A stretch of DNA of 64,000 bases from an uncultured bacterium (GCA_965368975.1 CBDUPA010000007.1:217536-281535), one strand, 5' to 3'; numbered from the stretch's first letter, positions 10,057 to 21,148 are shown. Notes: a model not told the origin generated them from the letters alone. Program-made: numbers and translations.

Positions 10057-12435
10057 TCAATCCGCCATCAAATGCCGGTCGAAGAACTCCGCTATCCGTT
10101 CCAGGAAATGCTTGAAGGCCGGGGCCTGGAAGCCGTGCTTCTGGCGCGGGTAGAAGGCTTGTTCGAACGGGATTCCCGCCTCGACCAAGGGGTGGGAGAA
10201 GGCGATGGAGTTCTGTGGGTGGACGTTGTCGTCGGCGGTGCCGTGGACGAGGAGTAGAGGGTCCTCGAGCTGGCGCGCGAAGGTGAGCGGCGATGACAGG
10301 CGGTAGCCTTCCTTGTTGCTCTCCGGGTGGTCGAGGTAGCGCTCGGTCCAGATGCTGTCGTAGAGATACCAGTCGGTCACGGGAGCCCCCGCGACGCCGG
10401 CGGCCCAGATGCCGGGGCGGTGGAGCAGGGCGTGCAGGGTGTGGAAGCCGCCGCCGGACCAGCCCCACAGGCCGATGTGATCGGTGTCGACGTAGCCGAG
10501 GGTCTTCAAGTACTCGACGCCGGCGAGGATGGCCTCCAGGTTGTTGGGCCCGAAGCGCCGGTGGACGCGGTCGCCACCCTTCTTGCCGAAGAAGTTGGAG
10601 ACGCGGTTGTCCACTTGCAGCACGACATAGCCGCGCGTTGCCATCCACTTGTGCCACAGGTCGCGGCGGCGGCCGTCCCAGCGGTCGGTGATCGACTGGG
10701 CTTCGGGACCACCGTAGTGGTATTGGATGGCCGGGTATTTCTTGCCGGCTTCGCGCTGCAGCGGTTCGAGCAGGCGTGCCGGCAGGCCGACGCCATCGGG
10801 TCCGGGGACGGTCACGTACCGCCATTGCGGCAGCGTCATGGTGTCGATGCCGGTGCCTGGGGTGAAGGGCAGTTCGCCGACGCGGTCGCCTTCGGCAGTG
10901 TGGAGCACCAGCGGCCGCGGAGTCTCGTCGGCGTTCTGGTAGCCGTGGACCCAATTGCCGTTGCTCGCCGTCGTAGCGCTGTGCCAGCCGGCCTCGGTGG
11001 TCGAGAGTGCCATGGGTTCGACGCTGCCGTCGGCCAAGGAGAGACGCAGCAGGCGACGACCAGCGGCACCGAAGAAGCCTTCGTGGTAGGCGTTGAACAG
11101 GACCGTGGCGCCGCCCTGGCCGCTGGGGATGACGGCGTCGATGCCGGTGATGTGACCGTCGAGGTCAGTCAGGCGCCGCGGGCCACTGCCGTCGGCTTCG
11201 AACAGGTAGAGTTGACGCCAGCCCCAGGTCGCGCGGTCGTCGAGATCGGCGGGCGCTTCCGTCTCGACTTGGCCGTCGGGGCCACGCAATTCGGAGCTCC
11301 ACAGGAAGCGACCATCGGCCAGGAACTGGGCCTCGTCACTGGGGTTGACCCAGGTCTTGGCGCTCTCGGTGAACCAGGTCTTGCACTGTCCGTCGGCAGC
11401 GGTGCAGCGGAGCATGTCGAGACGATTCTGGTCGCGGTTCAGGGTCTGTACGGCCAGCTCTTCACTGTCGACGGTCCAGGTGACTCGCGCCAGGTAGGTG
11501 TCGAGCGGGTCGCCGCTGTCGAGCCAGGCGACGCTCCCGCTGGGCACCTCGACGACGCCCATCTTGACTAGGGGGTTGTCCTGGCCGGCCTTGGGATAGC
11601 GTTGCGCTTCGACCTCCGGGTAGGTCGGCAAGTAGTTGACCAGTGGATAGGTGGGGACGGGACGCTCGTCGAAGCGATAGAAGACGATGCGTTTGCCGTT
11701 AGGGCTCCACCAGTAGCCTGTCGAGTCGCGACCCCACAGCTCTTCCCAGTACAGCCAGTCGGTCTGGGCGTTGAGGATCTCGTTCGCCTTGCCGTCGTGC
11801 GTCAACTGGCGCTCGTCGCCGGCCGCCGGCTTGCCGCGCCGGGATTCGAGTTCGAGCACGTAGAGGTTCTGGTCGCGCACGAAGGCGACGTGGCGGCCGT
11901 CAGGCGCGACGGTCGCGTCTTGCTCGGCGGCTTCGGTTTCGGTGAGACGGACGAGCTTGGTGCTGTCGGTGAGCGCCAGGTAGAGGTCACCGCCGGCGTG
12001 CAGCAATAGGTACGTGCTCTCCGGCCCCCAGCTGAACTCGTCGATCGCCGATAGCGCGCCGTTGCCGGTCGTTGTATGTCCGGGACGCAGGAGCACGCGG
12101 CTCTTGCCCGTGCTGGCGTCCATCAGGTGCAGCGCTTCTCCCGGGCCGTCGTTCCAGGTGTAGGCCAGCGTCGAGCCATCGGGGCTCCACTGCAGATTGC
12201 TGGGCAGTTTGGTGTCGCCCTCGGAGCCAGGGAAGGCACCGAATGGTGACGGTGGGGTGGCCAGGGCGGCTGGAACCGATACGAGAACCAGGGCGAGAAA
12301 GGACAGTGCGACCAGGCTCGACGTCAGTAGAGTCCGTGGCGGCAGGCTCAGAAGACGACGGAGACGGTGGACGCGGGGAGAGCTGGGGCGGCAGAAACTC
12401 ATGGAACCTCCTTCGGGGCGTGACGAGCTCGTCAA
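10057..12435 (-). CDS. S9 family dipeptidyl peptidase IV-like protease
   Basis: YPKAG, GWSGGG nucleophile, HGTADDNVH, terminal HG. Confidence 0.95.
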   Translation of the reverse strand: MTSSSRPEGGSMSFCRPSSPRVHRLRRLLSLPPRTLLTSSLVALSFLALVLVSVPAALATPPSPFGAFPGSEGDTKLPSNLQWSPDGSTLAYTWNDGPGEALHLMDASTGKSRVLLRPGHTTTGNGALSAIDEFSWGPESTYLLLHAGGDLYLALTDSTKLVRLTETEAAEQDATVAPDGRHVAFVRDQNLYVLELESRRGKPAAGDERQLTHDGKANEILNAQTDWLYWEELWGRDSTGYWWSPNGKRIVFYRFDERPVPTYPLVNYLPTYPEVEAQRYPKAGQDNPLVKMGVVEVPSGSVAWLDSGDPLDTYLARVTWTVDSEELAVQTLNRDQNRLDMLRCTAADGQCKTWFTESAKTWVNPSDEAQFLADGRFLWSSELRGPDGQVETEAPADLDDRATWGWRQLYLFEADGSGPRRLTDLDGHITGIDAVIPSGQGGATVLFNAYHEGFFGAAGRRLLRLSLADGSVEPMALSTTEAGWHSATTASNGNWVHGYQNADETPRPLVLHTAEGDRVGELPFTPGTGIDTMTLPQWRYVTVPGPDGVGLPARLLEPLQREAGKKYPAIQYHYGGPEAQSITDRWDGRRRDLWHKWMATRGYVVLQVDNRVSNFFGKKGGDRVHRRFGPNNLEAILAGVEYLKTLGYVDTDHIGLWGWSGGGFHTLHALLHRPGIWAAGVAGAPVTDWYLYDSIWTERYLDHPESNKEGYRLSSPLTFARQLEDPLLLVHGTADDNVHPQNSIAFSHPLVEAGIPFEQAFYPRQKHGFQAPAFKHFLERIAEFFDRHLMAD

Positions 12436-12527
12436 ACGATGAAAGCCGGCCTATCCTACATGCGAAACATCCGCGCTCTCCAGCGCGTAGGGCCGGCTAT
12501 GAACGAGACTCGTACGGAGGAAACATC

Positions 12528-13736
12528 ATGAAGTCGCTTCCAGCATTCCATTCACGCTCGGCGCTGGCCCCTTCCCGCTCGGCGCCGATCCTGGTACTGG
12601 CCTTGGCGCTGCTCCTGATCGCGCCGACCGCTTGCATCATCGTCGACGCCGAACCGGTCGAGACGACGACGCGCAGCTTTGAGCATTCCTTGCCCCTGGC
12701 TGCCGGTGAAACACTGCGTCTGGCGAACCTGGCGGGCAGCGTCGAGTTTGTGGCCGCCGAGGCTGGCGTCGAGGCGGTGCGCATCGAGGCGACGGTGCAC
12801 GCGAATGCGCGCGATGAGGCTACGACGCAGCGTCTGCTCGACGACATGGCCTGGGTTGCGAGCGAGGACCCGAAGGGTCGTGCCGAGTGGGCGCTGGCGT
12901 ATCCGGTCGAGGACTACGACACCTTCCACTACCAGCGCGAGAGGGGCTTCAGCTGGGGCTGGAACTCCAGCACCCGCTACCGTGGCGAACGGGTGACGAT
13001 CCGCGGCTCCAAGGGGCGTGCCCCGAGTCTGTGGGTCGACCTACGCATTGCACTGCCGGCCCAGGGCAAGCTGGTCCTGCGCAACCTCAGTGGCCGCGTG
13101 CGCGGTGGCAGCTTGCAGGGCAGCCTGGTGGTCGACACTGGCGATGGTGACGTCGAGTTCGACAGTTTCGACGGCGAGTTGCTGGTCGACACCGGCAGTG
13201 GCGAGGTCGAGCTGGGCACAGTGCGGGGGCAGATCACGGTCGATACCGGCAGCGGTGATATCCGCGTCGACGAGGCGATTGGCAATGTCGATCTCGACAC
13301 GGGCAGCGGCGACGTGCGCGTCGAGAAGCTCGCGGCTGGACGCTTGGTGGTGGATACGGGGAGCGGCAGCGTGGTGGTGGCTGACGGCAGCGCCGGAGAT
13401 TTGGAGATCGACACCGGCAGCGGCGATGTGGTGCTCGACGGCGTCGACGCGGTCAACGCGCTGATCGACACCGGCAGTGGCGACGTGCGTGTCGACAGTC
13501 CGCTCGAACAGGCGCGCGTGCTGACCATCGACACGGGCAGTGGTGATGTACGCATCCGCGCTGGAGCCGACGCCAGCTTCGCTCTGAGCGCCAACATGCG
13601 GCGGCGCGAGGTCGACATTGGCTACGACGACGTCAGCGTGCAGTCGAGCCGGGGCACGCAAGTGCTGCGCGGCGATGGCCGCACGCGCATCGAGGTCCGC
13701 ACCGGCAGCGGTTCCTGCTCGATCCGTCCACGCTAG
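12528..13736 (+). CDS. DUF4097-type beta-strand repeat lipoprotein
   Basis: RBS GGAGG; lipobox PTAC; repeated DTGSGDV motif. Confidence 0.8.
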   Translation: MKSLPAFHSRSALAPSRSAPILVLALALLLIAPTACIIVDAEPVETTTRSFEHSLPLAAGETLRLANLAGSVEFVAAEAGVEAVRIEATVHANARDEATTQRLLDDMAWVASEDPKGRAEWALAYPVEDYDTFHYQRERGFSWGWNSSTRYRGERVTIRGSKGRAPSLWVDLRIALPAQGKLVLRNLSGRVRGGSLQGSLVVDTGDGDVEFDSFDGELLVDTGSGEVELGTVRGQITVDTGSGDIRVDEAIGNVDLDTGSGDVRVEKLAAGRLVVDTGSGSVVVADGSAGDLEIDTGSGDVVLDGVDAVNALIDTGSGDVRVDSPLEQARVLTIDTGSGDVRIRAGADASFALSANMRRREVDIGYDDVSVQSSRGTQVLRGDGRTRIEVRTGSGSCSIRPR

Positions 13737-13770
13737 GTCGACGACGTCTTCCCCGCTCCGCCCGTGCGCG

Positions 13771-13851
13771 GTGTCTGGGGCGTGCGTGTCTGCGGGGCGC
13801 GCTGTCTGCGGGGCGTGCGTGTCTGCGGGGTGGGAGTGTCCGCTAGCGTGC
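13771..13851. repeat. Intergenic tandem repeat, ~16-17 bp unit GTGTCTGCGGGGCGTGC
   Basis: 4-5 imperfect copies visible between two genes. Confidence 0.7.
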
Positions 13852-13990
13852 AGCGTGCGTCCCGCGGCCGGACACTCTGCGCGCTCGAGCGGCAGCGCGG
13901 GGCCTGAGCGGGCACGGCTTTCAGGCTGGAACAGGGCTTGCAACATGTTGGGCGAGTAGAACCGCAATCCGGCTCTTCAGGAGAATCGCC

Positions 13991-16429
13991 ATGCATGGTT
14001 GGACCGTCGACATCCGCAGTGCCGTGCGCGCCTTGCGCAAGAATCCCGAAATTTACGGCGTCGCGATCTTCGCCATGGCGCTGGCGATCGGAGCTACGAG
14101 TACCGTGTTCAGCGTCGTCGATGGGGTAGTGCTGCATCCGCTGCCCTACGACGACGCTGACCGTCTGGTCGCCGTGTGGCAGATCGATCCGGCCCACCCG
14201 GATACCTGGGTGCAGACATCGGCCGGTAATTTCGCCGACTGGCGAAATCTGAACAGCTCTTTGGAAACCACCGCCGCGGCGGTCAACGCGTCGGTCACCT
14301 TCACGGACTTCGAAGATCCGGAGACTCCTTTGGTGCGCCGGGTCAGTCACGACTACTTCGATGTGCTGGGTATCCAGCCGGCCCTCGGGCGCGGTTTTGC
14401 GGCGGACGAAGATCGGGCTGGTGGGCCGGCGGTGACCGTGCTCAGCCATGAACTCTGGCAGCGTCGTTTCGCTGGCGATCCTGACGTCCTGGGGCGCACG
14501 ATCGGCCTCGACGGTGTGCCGCACGAGATCGTCGGCGTCATGCCGGCGGATTTCGTCGCCACCTTCATTGGCTTGGCCGAGACGCCCAAGTTGTGGCTGC
14601 CGCTGGCCGACCCTGCGAGTGGCCTCGACCGCGGGCGCCGCCGCTACGTGGTGGTGGCCCGGCTGCGCGACGGTGTCAGCGTCGAGCAGGCGCGCGATGA
14701 CCTGCAGGGGGTGTCCCTCGCCCTGCGCGAGCAGTACCCCGAGCAGCTGGCACAGGTCGAGGCCTTGGTGACGCCGCTGGCCGAGCGCTCGATTCGCCAG
14801 GTTCGGCCAGCCTTGCTACTGCTTTTCGCCGCGGTGGCCTGCGTGCTCTTGGTGGCCGGGGGCAATGTCGCCAACCTACTGCTCTCCCGGACGCTGGAAC
14901 GTCGCCGCGAACTGGCGCTGCGCCGGGCCCTGGGAGCACGCGCCGGGCGCATTCTGCGTCAGTTGACCGTCGAGAGCCTGGTGTTGACGCTGCTGTGCGC
15001 CGGCCTGGGCTTGCTGCTGGCGGCCTGGGGCACCGGTACCGTCAACTTGTTGGTGCCGGCCGGTGGTTTCAACATGCCGGACCTCGACACCGGTGTCAGT
15101 GCACGAGTGCTGCTCTTCACTCTCGGCCTGGCACTGCTCACCGGTCTCGTCTTCGGCGCTGTACCGGCCACCTACGCCCTGCGCTTGCGCCTCGACGACG
15201 CGCTCAGTGCCGGTGCGGTGCGCTCGGTGGGGGAGCGGCGCAGCCGGCGACTGCAGCGGGCACTGGTGGTGGCGGAAGTCGCGGTGTCGCTGATGTTGCT
15301 GATCGGTGCCGGGCTGATGGTGCGTAGCTTCGCCTCGCTGCAGCAACTGGATCCAGGCTTCGACGCCGACAACCTGCTGACCTTTCGCGTCTCGACGCGC
15401 GGGCCCGAGTACGGAACGCCCGAGGCGCGCGAGGCGTTTTTCCGCCAGGTCAACGAGCGAATTCGCGAGCAGTCGGGGGTGGTAGCCAGCGGCGCGTCGC
15501 AGGCGTTGCCCTTCTTTCCGCAGTTCGCCACGCTGCCGGCAAGCGTCGATTCGGCGCCGTCCGAGCCGGGGCATGAGCCACGGGTGGCGGTACGACGTAG
15601 CACGCCGGACTATCTGTCGACACTACGGGTGCCGCTGCTGCGGGGGCGTACCCTCGAGGCCATGGACACAATGGCCAGCCCCGCTGTCGCCGTCATCAGC
15701 CGCACAGCGGCGGTCGAGCTGTGGGGGCAGCGGGACCCTCTCGGCGACAGCCTGACGCTGATCGATGCTTCCCCGGGCGGCCGTTCGCTGCGCGTCGTCG
15801 GCATCGTCGGCGACACGCGCAGCGACGGTGTGCCGCCGGAGCCGCAGCCCGTGGTCTACATCCCGCTGGCCCAAGACGCGGCGCCGGTTACCAGTATGGG
15901 GTATGCGGTGCGCACCAGCGGCTATCCTCTGAGCTACCTGCCCGCGGTCCAGCGTGCGGTGGCGCGCGTCGACCGCGGTATGCCGGTCTACCTGGTGGCT
16001 TCGATGGACCAGGTGATCGAGCGCATGGACTGGCGCTCGCGTCTGACCATGGTGCTGCTCGCTAGCTTCGCCTTCCTCGCCTTGGTGCTGGCAGCCACCG
16101 GCATGTATGCCGTGCTCTCCTACACGGTGTCGCGACGCACCCGAGAGATCGGTATTCGCATGGCTCTGGGCGCTCACCGCGACGACGTCGTTGCCCTGGT
16201 GCTGCGTGGTGCCGGCAAGCTGGCTGTGTTCGGTATCGGCTTGGGGCTGGCCGGGGCCGTGGCACTGTCGCGCTTCCTGAGTAGCCAACTCTACGGAATC
16301 AGTGCCACCGATCCAGCGACTTACGGTGCGCTGGCTGGCTTGTTGGCGGGGGTCGTGCTTCTTGCTGGTTTCGTGCCCGCACGCCGGGCGACGCACGTCG
16401 ATCCGGTGACCGCGTTGCAGCAGGATTGA
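13991..16429 (+). CDS. ADOP-type (acidobacterial duplicated orphan) ABC permease, MacB_PCD/FtsX x2
   Basis: ALAIGATSTVFSVVDGVVLHPLPY, RRRELALRRALGA, RTREIGIRMALGA, PARRATHVDP. Confidence 0.9.
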   Translation: MHGWTVDIRSAVRALRKNPEIYGVAIFAMALAIGATSTVFSVVDGVVLHPLPYDDADRLVAVWQIDPAHPDTWVQTSAGNFADWRNLNSSLETTAAAVNASVTFTDFEDPETPLVRRVSHDYFDVLGIQPALGRGFAADEDRAGGPAVTVLSHELWQRRFAGDPDVLGRTIGLDGVPHEIVGVMPADFVATFIGLAETPKLWLPLADPASGLDRGRRRYVVVARLRDGVSVEQARDDLQGVSLALREQYPEQLAQVEALVTPLAERSIRQVRPALLLLFAAVACVLLVAGGNVANLLLSRTLERRRELALRRALGARAGRILRQLTVESLVLTLLCAGLGLLLAAWGTGTVNLLVPAGGFNMPDLDTGVSARVLLFTLGLALLTGLVFGAVPATYALRLRLDDALSAGAVRSVGERRSRRLQRALVVAEVAVSLMLLIGAGLMVRSFASLQQLDPGFDADNLLTFRVSTRGPEYGTPEAREAFFRQVNERIREQSGVVASGASQALPFFPQFATLPASVDSAPSEPGHEPRVAVRRSTPDYLSTLRVPLLRGRTLEAMDTMASPAVAVISRTAAVELWGQRDPLGDSLTLIDASPGGRSLRVVGIVGDTRSDGVPPEPQPVVYIPLAQDAAPVTSMGYAVRTSGYPLSYLPAVQRAVARVDRGMPVYLVASMDQVIERMDWRSRLTMVLLASFAFLALVLAATGMYAVLSYTVSRRTREIGIRMALGAHRDDVVALVLRGAGKLAVFGIGLGLAGAVALSRFLSSQLYGISATDPATYGALAGLLAGVVLLAGFVPARRATHVDPVTALQQD

Positions 16430-16617
16430 CGCGCTCTACAGGGATGTCTCGTCGACGCGGATAGCTGACGCTTTCCTGACGCTACCTGCCTACCCTGGGT
16501 CGGGCTGGTGCACAGTTTTCGATCCTGTTGCTGATGAAGCTCTGGCCGCAACAGCCTTACAAAGGCGATCCTCCTGAGGCAGCACCTACCGAGACACAAG
16601 AAGGAAACAGCGATCAA

Positions 16618-17805
16618 ATGAGCATACGAGTCTTGACAGGTGTGGGCCAGGGAACCGCTAGCCAGGTGACGGAGACGATTCTCCGCGAAGTGCGTTCTGA
16701 GCTGGCGGAGGCCCCGGCGCTGTTGGCTGTTTTTGCTTCGACCCAGCAACCGCTGACGGAACTTGTGCCACCCTTGGCAGAGGCCTTCGCGGACACGGTT
16801 GTTCTGGGTGCTTCGACCGCTGGCGAGTTCACGGAGAAGGGTGACGTCAAGGGAGGTGTCACCTATCTGGCGCTGTCTGGAGATCTCCGGGTGCACGCGG
16901 GCCTGGGGACAGATCTGCAAGCTGAACCCATGAAGGCGGTCGCGGAGGCCCGGGCAGATCAGCCGGAAGTGGTCGAAGGTTTTCCGCACCGCACCGGCAT
17001 CCTGCTGCTCGATCCGCTGGCGGGGAACGGAGAGGAGACTGTTCTCAGCATGGCGTTGGCGCTGGGCCCGAGTTTCTCCCTGGCCGGCGGTGCCGCTGGC
17101 GACGACTTGCACATGGCTGCCACGCAGGTGGCCCTGGGTAACCGGGTCGCGTCCGACGCGCTGGTATTGGCAACCGTCTTCTCGCGGACGCCTCTTGGCA
17201 TCGGCGTCTGTCATGGTCATCGGCCGTTGTCGGGACCGCTGACCGTGACGCGAGCCGAAGGGAGCGTCGTTTACGAGGTCGAGGGGCGTCCGGCCTGGGA
17301 CGTTTGGCGCGAGGAAACTCGGGAGGACGCCAAGAGTCAGGGTCTCAGCCTGGAAGGCACGAGCACCGAAGAGGAGAACGCCTTTCTGCTGCGCTACGAA
17401 GCTGGCCTGGCAGTGGGCGAGGAGTACAAGGTGCGGGCGCCCCTCTCGCGCGACGACGATGGTTCCATCCACTTCGCGACGGGCGTACCCGAGGGTTCAG
17501 TCATCCAGATCACCCGAAGCTCCACGGACTTGCAAGTCGAGAGCGCTCGCCGTGCAGCGCGTGCCGCCCGCGAGGAACTCGGGGGCCGTCCAGTTGCCGG
17601 AGCGCTGGTCTTCGATTGTATTTGCCGCAACCTGATCTTGGGGCCCCGCTTTGGCGAAGCCGTCCGCGGTATGTCCGAAGAACTGGGGGGTGCGCCGCTG
17701 GCGGGTTTCGAAACCTATGGTGAGATCGCGCTCGCGGCCGGGGATCTGTCCGGCTTCCACAACACGACGACCGTAGTGCTCGCTTTTCCTGGCGAGGATG
17801 AGTGA
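16618..17805 (+). CDS. FIST N/C domain sensory protein
   Basis: GASTAGE, LAGGAAGDD, DCICR, GFETYGE, FHNTT. Confidence 0.85.
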   Translation: MSIRVLTGVGQGTASQVTETILREVRSELAEAPALLAVFASTQQPLTELVPPLAEAFADTVVLGASTAGEFTEKGDVKGGVTYLALSGDLRVHAGLGTDLQAEPMKAVAEARADQPEVVEGFPHRTGILLLDPLAGNGEETVLSMALALGPSFSLAGGAAGDDLHMAATQVALGNRVASDALVLATVFSRTPLGIGVCHGHRPLSGPLTVTRAEGSVVYEVEGRPAWDVWREETREDAKSQGLSLEGTSTEEENAFLLRYEAGLAVGEEYKVRAPLSRDDDGSIHFATGVPEGSVIQITRSSTDLQVESARRAARAAREELGGRPVAGALVFDCICRNLILGPRFGEAVRGMSEELGGAPLAGFETYGEIALAAGDLSGFHNTTTVVLAFPGEDE

Positions 17806-18106
17806 GATCGAGCGACCAGATGCAAGATCCTGGTCCTGGACCAACGAGGAGTTGACCGTGGGTGAGAACCACAGCCGTGAGAGCCTGATCGCTATGCTCG
17901 CCAGTGCCTTGGGACAGGCCAAGGCCACAGACCTCATCGATACTGCCGCCCGCAAGCTGGCGCTGTCCTCGGAGCCCTACGATCACAACCAGGCGATCAC
18001 CTTGCTCACTGAGATCGGCGAGGCGCCCGGCCTCGTTGGAGTGACGGCGAGCCTCGCTTCGAGTCGCCTTTACTTCTCTCGCAGCTTGACCCGCATGGCA
18101 TCCTGA
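17798..18106 (+). CDS. Hypothetical protein coupled to the FIST gene
   Basis: Overlaps the FIST stop; normal codon usage. Confidence 0.55.
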   Translation: MSEIERPDARSWSWTNEELTVGENHSRESLIAMLASALGQAKATDLIDTAARKLALSSEPYDHNQAITLLTEIGEAPGLVGVTASLASSRLYFSRSLTRMAS

Positions 18107-18325
18107 TCCGTCCACAGACCTCATTCTTCGTCCACCCCCGGCCGCGGGCGACTCCCCCCCCCCCACGGCCGTAGCCGGGGGCAGGACGGTTTTTCTCATC
18201 CCGTCTCTAGTCTTGGCCTTGGGCTTGGGGCTGGCGGACTTCCTCGGGCCCGGTTATCTGGAACCAGGGTGACGGTGCTGGAGCGACGCTCTGGAGAAAT
18301 ACTCTCGCCGAGGTAGCGCTCTGTC

Positions 18326-20020
18326 TCACATCCGGCTGTAGCTCGGACCGCCGCCACCCTCCGGGGTAACCCAGTCGATGATCTGGTACGGGTCCATGAT
18401 GTCGCAGGTCTTGCAGTGGACGCAGTTCGAGGCGTTGATCTGGAGTCGCTGCTTGGGGCCATCCTCGACCATCTCGTAGACCGCGGCGGGGCAGAAATAC
18501 TGGCACGGGTTGCCGTACTCGACGGTGCACTGGTCGACGCAGATGTTGGTGTCGCGCACCTTGAGATGAACGGGCTGGTCTTCGTCGTGGGAGGTGCCGG
18601 AATTGTAGATGTCGGCCAGCTTGTCGAAGGTCAGCTCACCGTCGAAGCTCATGCGTTCGCGCTCCTCAAGGGCCTGACCCGCGGGCGTATCCAGCTTGGC
18701 CATGCGGCTGTGGCCGGGCTCGGTGTGCAGGCGGTCGAACAGGCCCCAACCGCGGCCGGCGGTGAGGGTGCTCAGAGCTGCGTTGGCCATGCCCGCCCAC
18801 AGTCCCTTGTCGAAGGCCTGGTGGAAGTTGCGCACACCGTACATCTCGCGCTTGACCCAGCTGCGCTCGATCAACTGCTCGTAGCGCGCCAGCTGGGCGG
18901 CGGTGATCTCGCCGTCGCCGCTTTCCTTGAGTGCCTCGAAGATGGTGTCAGCGGCCAGCATGCCGGACTTCATTGCCAGGTGAATGCCCTTCAGACGCTG
19001 GCCGTTGAGGAAGCCGCCGCTGTCGCCGCAGAGCAGGAAGCCGTCACCCCACAGCTTGGGCATCGACCACCAGCCGCCTTCCGGGATCGCCTTGGCGCCG
19101 TAGAAGGCCATCTTGCCGCCTTCGAGGAGCTGGCGGATGCGCGGGTGGGTCTTGAAGCGTTGGAATTCTTCGTGCGGGTCGAGGCGCGGATTCTCGTAGT
19201 CCAGGCCGATGACCAGGCCGATGATCAGCTGGTCGTCCTTCATGCCGTAGATGAAGCCGCCGCCGAAGACGTCGGTACCGAGCGGCCAGTGGACGGTGTG
19301 GATGACGTCGCCGGCCTGGACGCGTCCTTCCGGCAGCTCCCAGACTTCCTTGATGCCGATGGCGTAGACCTGTGGATTCTTCCCCTCGGACAGGCCCAAC
19401 TCGCCGTCGAGCTGCTTGGCCAGCGTGCCGCGTGGCCCCTCGCCGAGCACCGTGACGCGGGCGTGAATGTCGGCGCCGGGTTCGTAGTTGGCCTTCTTCT
19501 CACCTTCCTTGGAGATGCCGCGGTCTCCGGTACGCACGCCGATAACGCGGCCGTTCTCGAGCAGCGCCTGCGCGGCCGGGAACTCACAGAACACCTCGAC
19601 GCCGACTTCCTCCAACTTGGGCTCGAACCACTTGAGCAGCCGGCCGAGGGAGACGACGTACTTGCCGTGATTGTCCATCGGTGGCGGTACCGGCATCGGG
19701 AAGGCCTTGTCCTCGGTCAGCCACCACATCTGGTCGTTCTCGACTTTGCCCTCGAACGGTGCGTCTTCCCAGTCGTGCGGGAACAGCTCACGCAAGGTGC
19801 GCGGATCGAGCACGGCGCCGGAGAAGGCGTGTGCGCCGATGTCTTTACCCTTCTCGAGAATCGCGATCTCGACCTCGATCGGTTCGCCGTCGATCTTGCC
19901 CGCTTGTACCAGTTCGTTGTGCTGTTGGATGCGGCGGCCGAGATGGTAGGCACCGGCCATGTTGGCTGGACCGGCGCCGATGAAAACGACGTCTAGGGGC
20001 AGGACTTCACGCTCGCTCAT
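18326..20020 (-). CDS. Electron transfer flavoprotein-ubiquinone oxidoreductase
   Basis: GAGPA FAD motif, KGIHLAMKSG, C-terminal CPAAVYE...NCVHCKTCDI 4Fe-4S. Confidence 0.95.
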   Translation of the reverse strand: MSEREVLPLDVVFIGAGPANMAGAYHLGRRIQQHNELVQAGKIDGEPIEVEIAILEKGKDIGAHAFSGAVLDPRTLRELFPHDWEDAPFEGKVENDQMWWLTEDKAFPMPVPPPMDNHGKYVVSLGRLLKWFEPKLEEVGVEVFCEFPAAQALLENGRVIGVRTGDRGISKEGEKKANYEPGADIHARVTVLGEGPRGTLAKQLDGELGLSEGKNPQVYAIGIKEVWELPEGRVQAGDVIHTVHWPLGTDVFGGGFIYGMKDDQLIIGLVIGLDYENPRLDPHEEFQRFKTHPRIRQLLEGGKMAFYGAKAIPEGGWWSMPKLWGDGFLLCGDSGGFLNGQRLKGIHLAMKSGMLAADTIFEALKESGDGEITAAQLARYEQLIERSWVKREMYGVRNFHQAFDKGLWAGMANAALSTLTAGRGWGLFDRLHTEPGHSRMAKLDTPAGQALEERERMSFDGELTFDKLADIYNSGTSHDEDQPVHLKVRDTNICVDQCTVEYGNPCQYFCPAAVYEMVEDGPKQRLQINASNCVHCKTCDIMDPYQIIDWVTPEGGGGPSYSRM

Positions 20021-20167
20021 GGGGGCTCTCTCCTTCGCCAGCTAGCCAACTGGCCTCCGCGGGACACCGGACGTGTTGTAGTGGAAATTAGGGCCCGGAA
20101 GCCGAGTTCCGGGGCGTCAGCTTACCATGACGTCTCGGCTTGGATGGCGTGCTAAGCTGCGCCGATC

Positions 20168-21148
20168 GTGGCCCTCGCCGAACGTCCCGAACCCGTAGCG
20201 AATCTCTCCATCTGGCGCACCCTGCGCTACCGGCTGGAGTATGGCTTGTACCTGGCCGTGCGTGCTCTGTTGCGCTGTCTGCCACACCGCTGGGTGAGGC
20301 GTTGTGGCCGTGTTTTTGGCTCGTTCGCGCACCGGGTGGCCGGCCGCGATCGGCGGCGTGCGATCGACAACCTGGCACGCGTGCTGCCCGAGCTCCCGCC
20401 GCAAGAGCGAGCGGAATTGGCGCGCCAGAGCTTCCGTAACCTCGGGGCGGCCGTGTTCGACACCTTGTCGGTGCACCGCTTCGACGCGGAACAGCTGGCA
20501 GGGCGGGTGGAGGTGCGGGGCTGGGAGCACGTCGAGGCCGCGCTGGCCGCTGGTCGGGGTGCTTTCCTGCTGAGTGCTCACCTCGGCGCCTGGGAAGTGC
20601 CAGCGTACGCCGCGGCGCTGCGCGGCAAGAAGATCTCGCTGGTCAGCAACACCATGCAGAACCCGCGTTTCGACCGCGAATTGCGCCGTCTGCGGGCTCG
20701 CCTCGGTGTCGGCATCATCGACAAGCGGGGGGCGTCACGCAAGATGTACCGTCAGCTGATCAGCGGCGGCCTGGTCGGCATCGCCATGGACCAGCGTGTG
20801 CCCGAGGACGACGCCATTCACACCCAGTTCCTGGGGCAGAGATCGTTGATCAGTCCGCTGCCGGCCTACCTGTGTTTGTGGACGGGTGCTGCCGGTGTGC
20901 CGACCTTCGCGGTGCCGGATGGTGACGGGTACACGGTGACCTTCGAGGCCCCGATCCTGCCGCCGGCCGACGCCGAACTCGGTCCGCGGCAAGAGCCGGA
21001 GGCGATTGCGGCGTTCACGCGCTGGCTGGTCGAGCCGGTAGAGCGACGGATCCTGGAGCATCCGGAAGCCTGGATCTGGTTGTACCGCCGCTGGAAGCCA
21101 ACGGATAGCGAGCCGCACGCGGCTCGCTCTTCGTTGGCTTCGATGTAG
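20168..21148 (+). CDS. Lipid A late acyltransferase family (HtrB/LpxL-like)
   Basis: SAHLGAWE, AMDQ, HPEAWIWLYRRWK. Confidence 0.85.
   Translation: MALAERPEPVANLSIWRTLRYRLEYGLYLAVRALLRCLPHRWVRRCGRVFGSFAHRVAGRDRRRAIDNLARVLPELPPQERAELARQSFRNLGAAVFDTLSVHRFDAEQLAGRVEVRGWEHVEAALAAGRGAFLLSAHLGAWEVPAYAAALRGKKISLVSNTMQNPRFDRELRRLRARLGVGIIDKRGASRKMYRQLISGGLVGIAMDQRVPEDDAIHTQFLGQRSLISPLPAYLCLWTGAAGVPTFAVPDGDGYTVTFEAPILPPADAELGPRQEPEAIAAFTRWLVEPVERRILEHPEAWIWLYRRWKPTDSEPHAARSSLASM

Noticed and set aside
18154-18164. Poly-C tract as a phase-variation switch
   Set aside because: Intergenic between convergent genes; no promoter or ORF affected
1052-19996. Long antisense ORFs (e.g. 2158..3561, 5890..7170, 18416..19996)
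   Set aside because: Shadow frames of real genes, expected at high GC; no motifs
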